Shown: piece by piece, positions 32,473 through 51,736 of the stretch | Numbering within the stretch: position 1 is the first letter of the stretch | Layout: each line of letters opens with the position of its first letter | DNA from: Antedon mediterranea | Taxonomy: Eukaryota; Animalia; Echinodermata | DNA: 64,000 nt | Direction: 5' to 3' | NCBI RefSeq assembly: GCF_964355755.1 | Contig: NC_092670.1 | Coordinates: 22,678,795 to 22,742,794 of the forward strand | Made by a program: the position numbers and the translations under genes | Notes under the pieces: model-generated | The model's database searches: none | What the model saw: the letters and a program-made list of their open reading frames with translations, nothing else | What the model was told of the DNA's origin: nothing

Positions 32473-35199
32473 ATGAGGTTTGTACACTTTTTAGTATTAT
32501 TAATATTATATTTAATCTTAATTGTGTATTTTTTCAAATAAAAGAGTTTTTAAATATAATTTTGTATAAAACACAACTTTCTGTGCAATTATAATTTGTT
32601 TCCATTATAAAATATTTATGATTTAACAAATGTTAGTTTATGGTTTTATTTTTTAGACTAATGAACAGACCAGCTGAACATGGCAGAATGTATGAGCCAA
32701 CAAATATTGAAAATATATTTAACATCATTACACATGGGGTAAGAATGATTAATATGGTTATTCTACTTATGCCTTTTCACACCTAAACAAATTTAGAGTT
32801 AGCTAAGACCTCAATTTTAACCATTACTTATTAAATTGGCAATCATGAAAATTGCATCATATAGGTGATGATAGTATGTTTAGAAATGATTGATTGATTT
32901 TTAAAGTTGTTTATATCAGCTGTTGCCTTTTCACTTTTTTCCGAAGGCTTTTCCAACTTTTGTCAGTCCTTGATTGATTGATTAAAAAGTGATTAAGACA
33001 TAAAAAAATCAAAATAAACTTGAGTTTGATGAAAATTGTTTATATAATGTAGTTATGGATTCTGCCAAGTTGTCTTGGATGCGTATACATGTTACATCAG
33101 TCAACCAGCGTTCAACACCAAATCAGCGCTGTCATTTATGGCTTAGCTCTCATCTGTCTGTTTAGTGTTTCAACACTGTTTCACCTTGTAGCATGGAGTG
33201 GAAAAAAAGGGTATGAAAAGGATTCTACGATATTATTGATTATCTACTCGTACACAAAAACCAATCCGCTATTTATCAATTCTATGGACACTGATATTTA
33301 CTAATTTCATATTTTGGTATTCACATAATTCAGATTTTTTTGGTCCTTGCTGAAATTCATGACAGGCACAATCGCTCCTTCTATTCACAAGTTTCCGCTT
33401 TTTGGGTTTAGCCGCTCTTATTTATAATTATTTAATAATAATAAAAATACTATCACTACACCGATTGCTTTCTAAGTGTGAGCAGTAGGGCCTACAGTAA
33501 TGATGGCATTATTGATATTTCCATGTGATTCTAATTATGCTTTATTTTTTTTATATTTTTATCAAATTTCCCTGTGTTATCATTTTTTTACTAATTAATT
33601 TTTATTTCCTTTTAGTGCTCTACATTTTTATCTGCATGTCAGTGACAGAGCCGTTATCTACTTATTCATTGCCTCCTCATATACACCTTGGTAAGTTACT
33701 TCCCTACCACCGTTCTCTAAAGCGTGGTTCCCACTAGCGACGCAACACAAGGACATAACGCAACGCAAGTGAATTGACCAATCACAAGCGATGACTTATT
33801 CGCTTGTGATTGCTAACTGTCTATAACTTCACTTGTCATTGGTTAAAACGGTTGCGTTGCGTTTACGTCCTTGCGTTACGTTCTAGTGGGAACCAAGCTT
33901 AAGAATTTACCTTATACATGTTTGCTTCCTCAACTGTACCTTAACATACATTAAGCTCTGTCTACACTATCAAACTTTATGTGTCAAAAAAATGCGATGT
34001 GCCCATATATGGACAGGTTGATGTCATATCAGTACCATATTTAGGCATATTACAACCATATTTGGGCATTTCACACCTTTTTTTGGTCAAACTTTACACA
34101 ACTCTTTTACATGTTCTTTAAAATTGGCATCATTCCCCTTTTCAGCACGCATTATATTTTTAGTAAGGCCATGGTTTCTTTGTTCAGCACTGTCAAGTGG
34201 TTTGATAAATTGGTTTCAATGATATAATAGATTTGTTTATACTTTAGGCTATTGCTTCGTGACATGGGGCCGGCAGGAGAGCAGATGCGCTGGTTTATCT
34301 GGGTTATGGCAATTCTTGGAATTTCATATAATTATTGTTTTTATGAAAAGTAAGTGTAAATACTTTAGAAGTTTTATCTAACACATGTCTTAAATACTAT
34401 ACTTATGTTTATGATAAAGCCTAAAAAAATGTTATATTGAAAAAAAATCTTGGGTCAGCTTTATTTTAAATTGAACATATAGGCCTAGTATAAAAGTTAT
34501 TGAACATATGATGTACAAATTACATTAACTTTTCTATAGCGTCCTCTATTTTTTAATTTTAGGGTTTTTGCCCAGTAGGTTGTAGCAAAACATAACACAA
34601 AATAAACTGTTAAAAAAGAGGAGGAGAAAAAAAAGGAAAAAACGGAATGGACACGGTTTTTTAAATTTTGGGTAGCATAACAATAGGTTTAGGTTCAATA
34701 ACATTTCCTATCTTAACATGTTGTTTGATATCATTGCATACCATTTGTCTTCTGCTTGAATATTTATTTTTCTAATTCTAACCATTTGGCTTGTTTATAG
34801 ATTTAAGAGGCTTGAAACGTGTTTCTACTTTGTAATTGGTTTTTTGCCTTTCATTTACATTATTATGACAACATCATTGGTAAGTTTTATTTTATTTTTT
34901 TACCAGCAGTCCAACCGTGTCTGATTCATTGAAAATTTTCACTGCACTTCACCAAATTTAGTAACCTTTATCAAATATAATGTTTTTTTACTTTTCAGTC
35001 TAAAATCAACACAGATGGTTTATTTCGAATGGCAGTTGGTGGGTTTATCTACGTTACAGGCGTCTTATTCTTTAAGAGTGATGGTAAGATTCCGTTTGCC
35101 CATGCTATCTGGCATCTGTTTGTCGCTGGTGGCGCTTATGCTCATTACTCCGCAGTCGCTACCTACTTATACGCTGAAAACTCACCTGACATTGAGTGA
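32473..35199 (+). CDS. MMD: Monocyte-to-macrophage differentiation factor (PAQR/hemolysin-III family; MMD/MMD2 co-ortholog)
   Basis: GT-AG, phase-consistent exons 32473-32477, 32657-32738, 33053-33210, 33616-33690, 34248-34349, 34801-34879, 34999-35199. Motifs: [60 protein letters not shown]. The start codon is less certain. Confidence 0.92.
33720..33900. mobile_element. MITE (AAGC..GGTTCCCACT family); a second, decayed copy at about 38074-38227
   Basis: TIRs AAGCGTGGTTCCCACTAG / CTAGTGGGAACCAAGCTT with internal inverted AACGCAACGCAA. Confidence 0.8.
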
Positions 35200-35884
35200 T
35201 TAGATTTGTCAATGTTTTTTTTAATACTTAAAATTTAATCACAAACCATTGTTGTCTATTTGTGCCTAGCTTACCTGGATAAACTAATATTGGCCTATTT
35301 CTGTCCGAGAAGAACACTCCTCGAGTACATCAAAATGGTTGGGTTGCTCACACTTTATAAAGTATACCATTGTCTGATAGGGGGATTCAATGTATTTGAG
35401 TTATAGCACTCTTCCCTGAGAGAAATAGGCCATGTCGGTAAAATTTATAAATTGCATCAATTAGAATAAAGTTGTATATAATTCATTTTGTAATAAATAG
35501 ATTTAAACACTATTTTAAAAATTCAATTCAAAGATAACAAGAATACTTTTTAACCTGGAGAAATTGCAATATTATATTGTATTTAATTTAAATTATTATT
35601 TATTTTAATAGTTACGTACAATCATCTAATAGTGACACTCTTTATAATAAAATTATCGTAGATACTATTTTTACATTTAAATGTGAGGCTGTACATGTAC
35701 TGTATATAGAATCTTGCATTGTTGTGTTGAAAAGATGTCGCAACAATAATTTGTTTACAATCATGGCCAGATGTTTTGGTATCTTTGGCGTGCCATAGTA
35801 TAATAATCATCATTTATGTATTCATGTTTTTTTTCTCAGTAGATTTATTGTTAATACATCTATTATATAGAAACCATTTCAACC

Positions 35885-37650
35885 CTACTAGATTGTAACT
35901 TACCTAATATCTTTGGACATTGTGGCACATAAGGCTGCTAGGTTGTAACTTACCTAATATCTTTGGACATTGTGGCACATAAAGCTGCTAGGTTGTAACT
36001 TACCTAATATCTTTGGACATTGTGGCACATAAAGCTGCTAGGTTGTAACTTACCTAATATCTTTGGACATTGTGGCACATAAGGCTGCTAGGTTGTAACT
36101 TACCTAATATCTTTGGACATTGTGGCACATAAGGCTGCTAGGTTGTAACTTACCTAATATCTTTGGACATTGTGGCACATAAGGCTGCTAGGTTGTAACT
36201 TACCTAATATCTTTGGACATTGTGGCACATAAGGCTGCTAGGTTGTAACTTACCTAATATCTTTGGACATTGTGGCACATAAGGCTGCTAGGTTGTAACT
36301 TACCTAATATCTTTGGACATTGTGGCACATAAGGCTGCTAGGTTGTAACTTACCTAATATCTTTGGACATTGTGGCACATAAGGCTGCTAGGTTGTAACT
36401 TACCTAATATCTTTGGACATTGTGGCACATAAGGCTGCTAGGTTGTAACTTACCTAATATCTTTGGACATTGTGGCACATAAGGCTGCTAGGTTGTAACT
36501 TACCTAATATCTTTGGACATTGTGGCACATAAGGCTGCTAGGTTGTAACTTACCTAATATCTTTGGACATTGTGGCACATAAGGCTGCTAGGTTGTAACT
36601 TACCTAATATCTTTGGACATTGTGGCACATAAGGCTGCTAGGTTGTAACTTACCTAATATCTTTGGACATTGTGGCACATAAGGCTGCTAGGTTGTAACT
36701 TACCTAATATCTTTGGACATTGTGGCACATAAAGCTGCTAGGTTGTAACTTACCTAATATCTTTGGACATTGTGGCACATAAAGCTGCTAGGTTGTAACT
36801 TACCTAATATCTTTGGACATTGTGGCACATAAAGCTGCTAGGTTGTAACTTACCTAATATCTTTGGACATTGTGGCACATAAAGCTGCTAGGTTGTAACT
36901 TACCTAATATCTTTGGACATTGTGGCACATAAGGCTGCTAGGTTGTAACTTACCTAATATCTTTGGACATTGTGGCACATAAGGCTGCTAGGTTGTAACT
37001 TACCTAATATCTTTGGACATTGTGGCACATAAGGCTGCTAGGTTGTAACTTACCTAATATCTTTGGACATTGTGGCACATAACCCTCTAGATTGTAACTT
37101 ACCTAATATCTTTGGACATTGTGGCACATAAGGCTGCTAGGTTGTAACTTACCTAATATCTTTGGACATTGTGGCACATAAGGCTGCTAGGTTGTAACTT
37201 ACCTAATATCTTTGGACATTGTGGCACATAAGGCTGCTAGGTTGTAACTTACCTAATATCTTTGGACATTGTGGCACATAACCCTCTAGATTGTAACTTA
37301 CCTAATATCTTTGGACATTGTGGCACATAAGGCTGCTAGGTTGTAACTTACCTAATATCTTTGGACATTGTGGCACATAAGGCTGCTAGGTTGTAACTTA
37401 CCTAATATCTTTGGACATTGTGCCACATAAGGCTGCTAGGTTGTAACTTACCTAATATCTTTGGACATTGTGGCACATAACCCTCTAGATTGTAACTTAC
37501 CTAATATCTTTGGACATTGTGGCACATAAGGCTGCTAGGTTGTAACTTACCTAATATCTTTGGACATTGTGGCACATAAGGCTGCTAGGTTGTAACTTAC
37601 CTAATATCTTTGGACATTGTGGCAGCACATAAGGCTGCTAGATTGTAACT
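35885..37650. repeat. 50-bp minisatellite, about 35 copies
   Basis: Unit GGTTGTAACTTACCTAATATCTTTGGACATTGTGGCACATAAGGCTGCTA, with AAAG and 49-bp AACCCTCTAGA variants. Confidence 0.97.
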
Positions 37651-38524
37651 AATGCAAACAACTATATATAGATTTATATTACATACTTACATACTATAAT
37701 AATAAATAAGATGAAATTAAGTAACTTGTTTCTAAGGGAAGGGCTGGCTTGGCAACCAAGTTTGTTGGGGGACCAATTTAGAAGTTTGAGAAGAAGCTAA
37801 CTGGGAAACTAGCTGATTTGAATAAAGTTTTTTATTTTCTAATGTATTCTATCTATATTATTAAAATCCTTAAAACCTTGGCAATGGCTTTGTACCTCAG
37901 AATATTCCAATTGTTTTAATTAATACCTCATAAATTCACTTTAAAAAAACCAGTTTATCGCTGAATTTTACTTTCATACATAGATATAAACATTATAGTA
38001 TTTATAATGTAGAGTATGTACATTGCAAAATACTGTGTTGTGTGTGACTTCTATACTCAATCATTAATGTGTTAAGCTTGGTTCCCACTGGGACACAACA
38101 GAAGGAAGTAAATGCAACGCAAGCTAGTTGACAAGTGATGGTTTCAAATAATCCATTGCTTTTGATTGGTCAAATTACTTATCTTGTGCTTATGTCCTTG
38201 CGTTGCGTCCTAGTAAAAACCATGTTTTAATAAGATACAGTATTTTGATATGCAGTAATCATGTGCAATAGAGTAGATTGGAAAAATAAGTTATAAATAA
38301 TTACTGAAATTGCATTTTACAATCACATGACACATATTGTTATAAAACAATATAATGAAATATTATTTTGTGTTTTTGATACCTTTACGAAAACCACCAA
38401 AATGTCTGTGTATGATGGATGGAATTGTTTTCTTGCTGTTTACTATGTCTCGTCTTTTCTTTGTGTAGATATGTAATAGTTTAAAATGTACTTAATAGAT
38501 TAGTACGAATGTTTTCAGATAAGG

Positions 38525-38834
38525 ATATACTGTATAATGCAATATACTGTATAATGCAATATACTGTATAATGCAATATACTGTATAATGCAATATACTG
38601 TATAATGCAATATACTGTATAATGCAATATACTGTATAATGCAATATACTGTATAATGCAATATACTGTATAATGCAATATACTGTATAATGCAATATAC
38701 TGTATAATGCAATATACTGTATAATGCAATATACTGTATAATGCAATATACTGTATAATGCAATATACTGTATAATGCAATATACTGTATAATGCAATAT
38801 ACTGTATAATGCAATATACTGTATAATGCAATAT
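38525..38834. repeat. 17-bp minisatellite (ATATACTGTATAATGCA), about 18 copies
   Basis: Perfect tandem copies. Confidence 0.97.
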
Positions 38835-38894
38835 CAAACAGAATTTTGCTTTATTGGACATTTCTTTAGCGTAAGTTATTTCTATGTTCACAAT

Positions 38895-39051
38895 CAGTGG
38901 TGTAATGGTTTAGGAACCCTCAGTGGTCCTCCAATGCTGGAGGCCTCAGACGTTTTCATGCCTGTTTTTCCCTCTGGGCACTGCTCATGGTCCCATAAGC
39001 TCCAGAGCTCCTGGGTTTAGCCAGTGAGCGCTCATAGCCGTTACTCCACTG
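38895..39051. mobile_element. hAT-like MITE
   Basis: CAGTGGTGTAA...TTACTCCACTG termini with an 8-bp TSD TTCACAAT. Confidence 0.85.
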
Positions 39052-39735
39052 TTCACAATTTTTCTTAAAATGGAACTTTTGTACTGTATTTTTAAATTAT
39101 AATTATTTACAACAATCAATTTGTACAGGTCTATAGTCATTAATAGTATTGCACTATATTCAATTTGATGTTTATGGTTCTAAAATTGTATTAATTCATA
39201 TTTTTGTCATGCGTCTTTCTAGTTTTATACACTCATTTTTACGTTGACCTGTTAATTGCGCAATATAACACAATTCTTTTCTTTTAAATATAAATTTGTA
39301 ATAATAATCAATATTATAGTGATAATAATAATAATTTTATAATATTTTTATTTAGGTACTAATGAAAACTATTAATGTTATGTTGATAAAATATTTAGTA
39401 CACTGATAAAAAAAATATATTTAAAGTATCATTAAAACAATAGATTGGACGAAAGTATTTGGATGATTGTCATCTTTGTGTTAATGTTTTATTACTTGAG
39501 CTTGGAATTTAGATTGAAATAATTTAATCGGGTATCCTGGCTTTAAACGTTATGACTTAAAAAAAACACATAGTGTTTATTTTGATAGGAAATCAATCAA
39601 TGAATTTTGCCAAATTAATCATAAGGCAAAAATCAACTGGTTACGTACAACTAAATCTACAAAAGAAGAAGGCACTAACGGCGTTCCATACACAAAGTAT
39701 CAAAAACACGGTTTTTCGGCCGACAGCAAAAAAAA

Positions 39736-42700
39736 ATGCCACCAAAAGCTAGAAAGCGAATAACAGAAAAATGTAAACTTCATCAAAACTCTTCTAAAGA
39801 TGATGCAACTGAGAATGGAAGTGGAAACGTGTAAGTAACAATACATATTATAGTAGGCTGCCCATCGAATTGCTAAAAGGTTTTTAGAGTAGGCCTAGTA
39901 GTAGTAGGGCTAGCCTAGCTTACGCAGTCGAGTCCGGGCGGGGTATTGGTAAGGTTTGAAGTGCGTCGCGATGAGTCGAGTTGGCCTAGCTTTTGGGCCT
40001 AGCTAGATTCATGCCTAACTAGGTCAACATTTATTTATTCAATGAATTTTATTTAATTTCAAGCTAAAACTTAAATCGATTTATCTTAAAAGTAATTAAT
40101 TAATTGTTTTTCTTCTTCACTGTTTCAGGCAACAAGATGACACAAATCAGGGGCGAATAAAGATACCCTGGAATCGTATGCTAATGAGGTTTGTTCTGAT
40201 TGGTGGATTGATATTTGCTATGCAAATGTTTTCAAAACAAGATGACTTGGTAGCCTTTGCAAAGCAGGATGAAACGGTTTCCAATCGACGGCATTCTGTG
40301 CCCTGCTCAAAAGATTATGCAGATGATATAAAGAAATTCAAAGGTGAATGAAAGGAGCAATTGTACTTACTGTACAGTACTTCCTGAACTTAACATTTGA
40401 GGGCTCAGTTATTTAAATGTTGACGAATATTTAGTTTTCTTTTGTTACAGACTGTGCCCCAAAGCATTGTGGGAGAGTTGTGATGGATGGTCTCATCAAA
40501 GACAGTGAAGCTAAGCAATTACTTAAGTAAGACTTACAGACAGGCAGACACATGCTACTGAGGACCTCTATACCCACCTAAGTTAGGGTATAAGCACGTT
40601 AATCTAAAAGCTCACCATTCAAGTGGCCCATGGTATTTTAGGCCTAAATATACTATCAGTATTATTAAAAAACATGTCCAAATATTTACATTAAATTGTA
40701 TGTTGTTTTTCTATCTTTGTAGGATTGCTAAGCAAGGTCTTTCCCTTGGAGGCTCCAATGGTGGGGTAAGTATCATCGTTTTTGTATTAATTCATTTATT
40801 TTGCTTTTACTTACAACTTAATTTTATGAAAAATGTTTGCAATAGAATAATTGTTTTGATATTTTCAGGCATCAATTCTTGATCTTCACTCTGGGGCACT
40901 ATCGAAAGGAGATGCATTTATTGATGTATACCAGTAGGTGTTATTGTTATTAAATGATTAGGTTTAAACCACAAGTCCTAGTCATCATCACCAATGTGTA
41001 ATAAATTGATTGAACTTTGTTTTTCTTTCAGATTGATTGATAGTCAAGGTTTGAATATATTTACAACAAAAGATTTTGATTTATATAAGTGAGTTAGCAT
41101 TAGTAGAAGTATTAAGCTCTGTCCACACTATCAAATTGGTTTGACAAAAAAGTGTGATGTGTCCATATATGGTAGTGATATGAATGTCATCGAGCACATC
41201 ACATTTTTATTTATCACATAAAATTTTATAGTGTAGCTTTAGGGTGCGAAAATTGTTGATCTCACATTGTGGCATCAATTAGATTTTCAAGTTGACTACT
41301 TCTGGTGTTTAACCCCATACCAGTTCAGAAAAAAATTTTTAAAAAATATCATAATGCAATGATTTAAATAAACAGTTTCATTCTTCAATTTTCAGGAGAG
41401 TTGCCAGTAAAATTCAGTTAGCCATCGCTGGTGAATTTTCAATTCCTGCTAACAGCATTCATTTAACTCATCCAACGTTTTTTTCTCGCATGACAAATAA
41501 ACCAGCAAAAACAATACATGACGAATACTGGCATCCTCATGTTGATAAGGTAAAGTGTAATGTGTTCATTATAAGAGTGTGTACTGTAAACTTTATATCA
41601 ACACTTGTTCATTATTTTTATGAAAATGTTAGCGATAATTATGGTATTAATTTTGAGTTAGAGATTATGATTTAGATGCAATTGCATACATGCCAACACA
41701 TGTTTTGGCCGGGAGACTCTTGTATTTTAGACTCATCTTCCGGCCTAACATCGTGATCCTGGTTTTCCCCATTTTCTCCCGGATTACAAAGATAACTGAA
41801 TTTTGATGTATATGTGTTGTTTTCTGCATTAAAATACAACAAAAAGGCTTACACAAGCAAATTTACAAATTTTAAGACATTGTACGATCATCTGCTGTCA
41901 TAATTTGTATTTATTTTTTTCTGAAGTGAAAGCCACCATGCGATACTGCTTGTCGCACTCTGAACTCCTTACATCTCCTGTTTTCAATATTGACCTAAAA
42001 AAACACCACCTCCTGTTTTTGACTTCAGATGTTGTCATGTTATGTATGCAATTGTATACAATTCATATGCCAGAATGGGCTGATCTTGTTTATACAGTAT
42101 AATACAAGATTGTGATTAAATATTAAATATAATAATTACTTTACAGATGTATATTATGCTAACATCAGGTTTATTTTGTTTCAGGAAACGTATACAACAT
42201 TTGATTATACGTCTCTGCTGTACCTAAGTAACTATGGTGATGATTTTGATGGAGGACGTTTTATATTCATTGATAAAAAAGCAAATTCAACTATTGAACC
42301 TAAATTAGGTAAAAAATATTCTTTGTTACTTATCACAATAATTTCATATGTTTAATCACTCTATCTGGTCTTTTAGAATTGTGAGACATCAGTGAATAGT
42401 GCGTTATAAATGTTTATTATTAATATACAATAATATATTATTTTTGTATTTGATATTTAAAAATGCGAAAATTTGTATATTTTTAAGACACCATTTTTAC
42501 AATTATTTACACAAGAAACGTAATCGCACCACTACCAGAGATCTAACAAAATGCTCTGCCTCAGATTTGTGCTAAATATTGTCCAAAAACGTTACATTTA
42601 TTAAATCATATCTTTTATGTGTTTCAGGTCGTCTATCATTTTTTACATCAGGATCTGAAAACCAGCATTATGTTGAGAAAGTTAGCAAAGGAACCCGTTA

Positions 42701-42767
42701 TGCAATGACTATCTCATTTACTTGCAATAAAAAGGAGAAAATTAAATATCCAACTCTTCGAAAATGA
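39736..42767 (+). CDS. OGFOD3: 2-oxoglutarate/Fe(II)-dependent oxygenase domain-containing protein 3
   Basis: Exons 39736-39830, 40129-40343, 40451-40526, 40723-40765, 40869-40933, 41032-41088, 41396-41549, 42185-42308, 42628-42767. N-terminal TM segment and motifs CAPKHCGR, GGASILDLHSGALS, DEYWHPHVDK, FTSGSENQHYVEKV..GTRYA. Confidence 0.93.
41685..42046. mobile_element. Probable decayed hAT-like MITE in OGFOD3 intron 7
   Basis: CATACATGCCAACA start and imperfect TGTTGTCATGT end; TGCAATTG on both flanks. Confidence 0.45.
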
Positions 42768-43380
42768 ACTAAAATACATGTCTCCTTGCCATTATTATTT
42801 ATTACATTCCTGTTCCCCCTTCTTTCGATGTGACCTACATAAAAACATAGGGTCTGTTTCTGCTGCATAGCTCTGAGTAAACCGTTTATTTCAATATAGA
42901 TTTAAAATTTAAATTATTATATTGACTGCATTTCTGCTTAATGTTTGCACCAAAAAGCAAAAATCGTAGTGTAGTTGACTCAAGGTCAGCAGCTGTCAAT
43001 CAAATAATCATTATTTTGTGTTGCAGCTATAAAGCTGCCCAGCAATAACCGGTTAAATGATGTTCTAACACTGAATTGAACGGGTGTTTTTAACCATTAT
43101 TTATAAAATTGTCCCTTTTCTGCTCCCAAGTAATTGGGGCTAATTCATTCACCATTTTTAACAGGTTATTTTTATGCAGCAGAAACAGGACCATAGTTTA
43201 CATCACTATGACAACTAAAACCTTGACCTTAATTCACCTAATGTCACCTTTAGTGTGTAGACCAAAGCTTCTGTCACCATATTCACCAATCACAATCAAG
43301 TGAGATACTTCCCTGAAGTCAATAAACATTGATTTCACTTATTAGTGGTATTCTGTAGAGAAATTGTTTTTGATAGTCTA

Positions 43381-43539
43381 AAGCTCTGTCTACACTATCA
43401 AACTAAGTTGGCAAAAAAGTGTGATGTGCCTAAATATGGTTGTGATATACCCAAATATGGTAGTGATATGACATCAGTGCCCATATATGGGCACGTCACA
43501 TTTGTTGTCACATAAAGTTTGATAGTTTAGACAGAGCTT
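43381..43539. mobile_element. Abundant MITE family AGCTCTGTCTACACTATCAAAC; other copies at about 33954-34100, 41114-41240, 45904-46443 (interrupted), 51289-51410, 52900-53000, 60927-61083
   Basis: TIR AGCTCTGTCTACACTATCAAACT / AGTTTGATAGTGTAGACAGAGCT with internal CCATAT(A/T)TGG repeats; flanks are TAA/TTA-rich. Confidence 0.85.
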
Positions 43540-44445
43540 AAAGTGTGAATGATGAATATGGCCACCGGGTTTTAGGATGCAATTTCTATAGTACTGATAA
43601 ATTAAGGACCTTTTGTCTTTCGTTTTTTTTTAGAGGAATTTCCGTTTTTTTATATTTCAATTTGAGAAGGGTTTACTCGACTAAGTACTAATAAGCAGAC
43701 ATTTCATATTGCAGAAATATTAAATTGTGCACAAAAATAAGAAGAAATTTTAAAATTAAGATTGATTTATATATTAATTGGTAGGCATATTAATACACTG
43801 TATTAATCACTTTTTTTTATAATGCACCGTACTCAATATAAAAAAAAAATTCAATTTATTATAAATAAAAAAAATTATGAATATACTAAAAATAGAAAAA
43901 CCAAACTGGTTATCATGTAAACTATGATCATGAAAATAGTGTGTAATACTTTTTATAAATTTTAGAAATTCTCCATTTTGGACGTATAAAAGAGGGAGGT
44001 TACCGTTATTTTAAGTATATGGGATGATTACTCTTGAATACTAATATAAAAACACTAATGTATTGCAAATATTTCTAATAAAAACAAATTCACTTTTTTA
44101 AATTAGTATTTGAATTAGTTTACTTTATTTTGTGTTTATACTATGACTGTAGTAATGACCTAGATAAAGATATATATACAATGCATCTGTCTACTAAAAG
44201 AATGAAGAAAATGTACTTTTTGTGTCAAAAAAAATGCTGTTTAATTAAAAATTGTGTGTCGTCCTTGTTTTATCACCTTTGACCCATCGATCGCCAAATG
44301 ATCGCACACGATGTGTGTGTTGTTTGTAGAAAAGGGGCGTGTCTCATCTCATTCAATCTCTCGCCGCCGCCGCTCACACACTGCTGCTGCACACACAACA
44401 GAGCTTTGACGTTCTTCCTTCAAACAAAGTATTTATTTAACAAAT

Positions 44446-51736
<7,291 letters not shown>

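Noticed and set aside
38481-38891. Three repetitive ORFs (HYTVYCIIQYIALYSIL)
   Set aside because: Translations of the 17-bp minisatellite.
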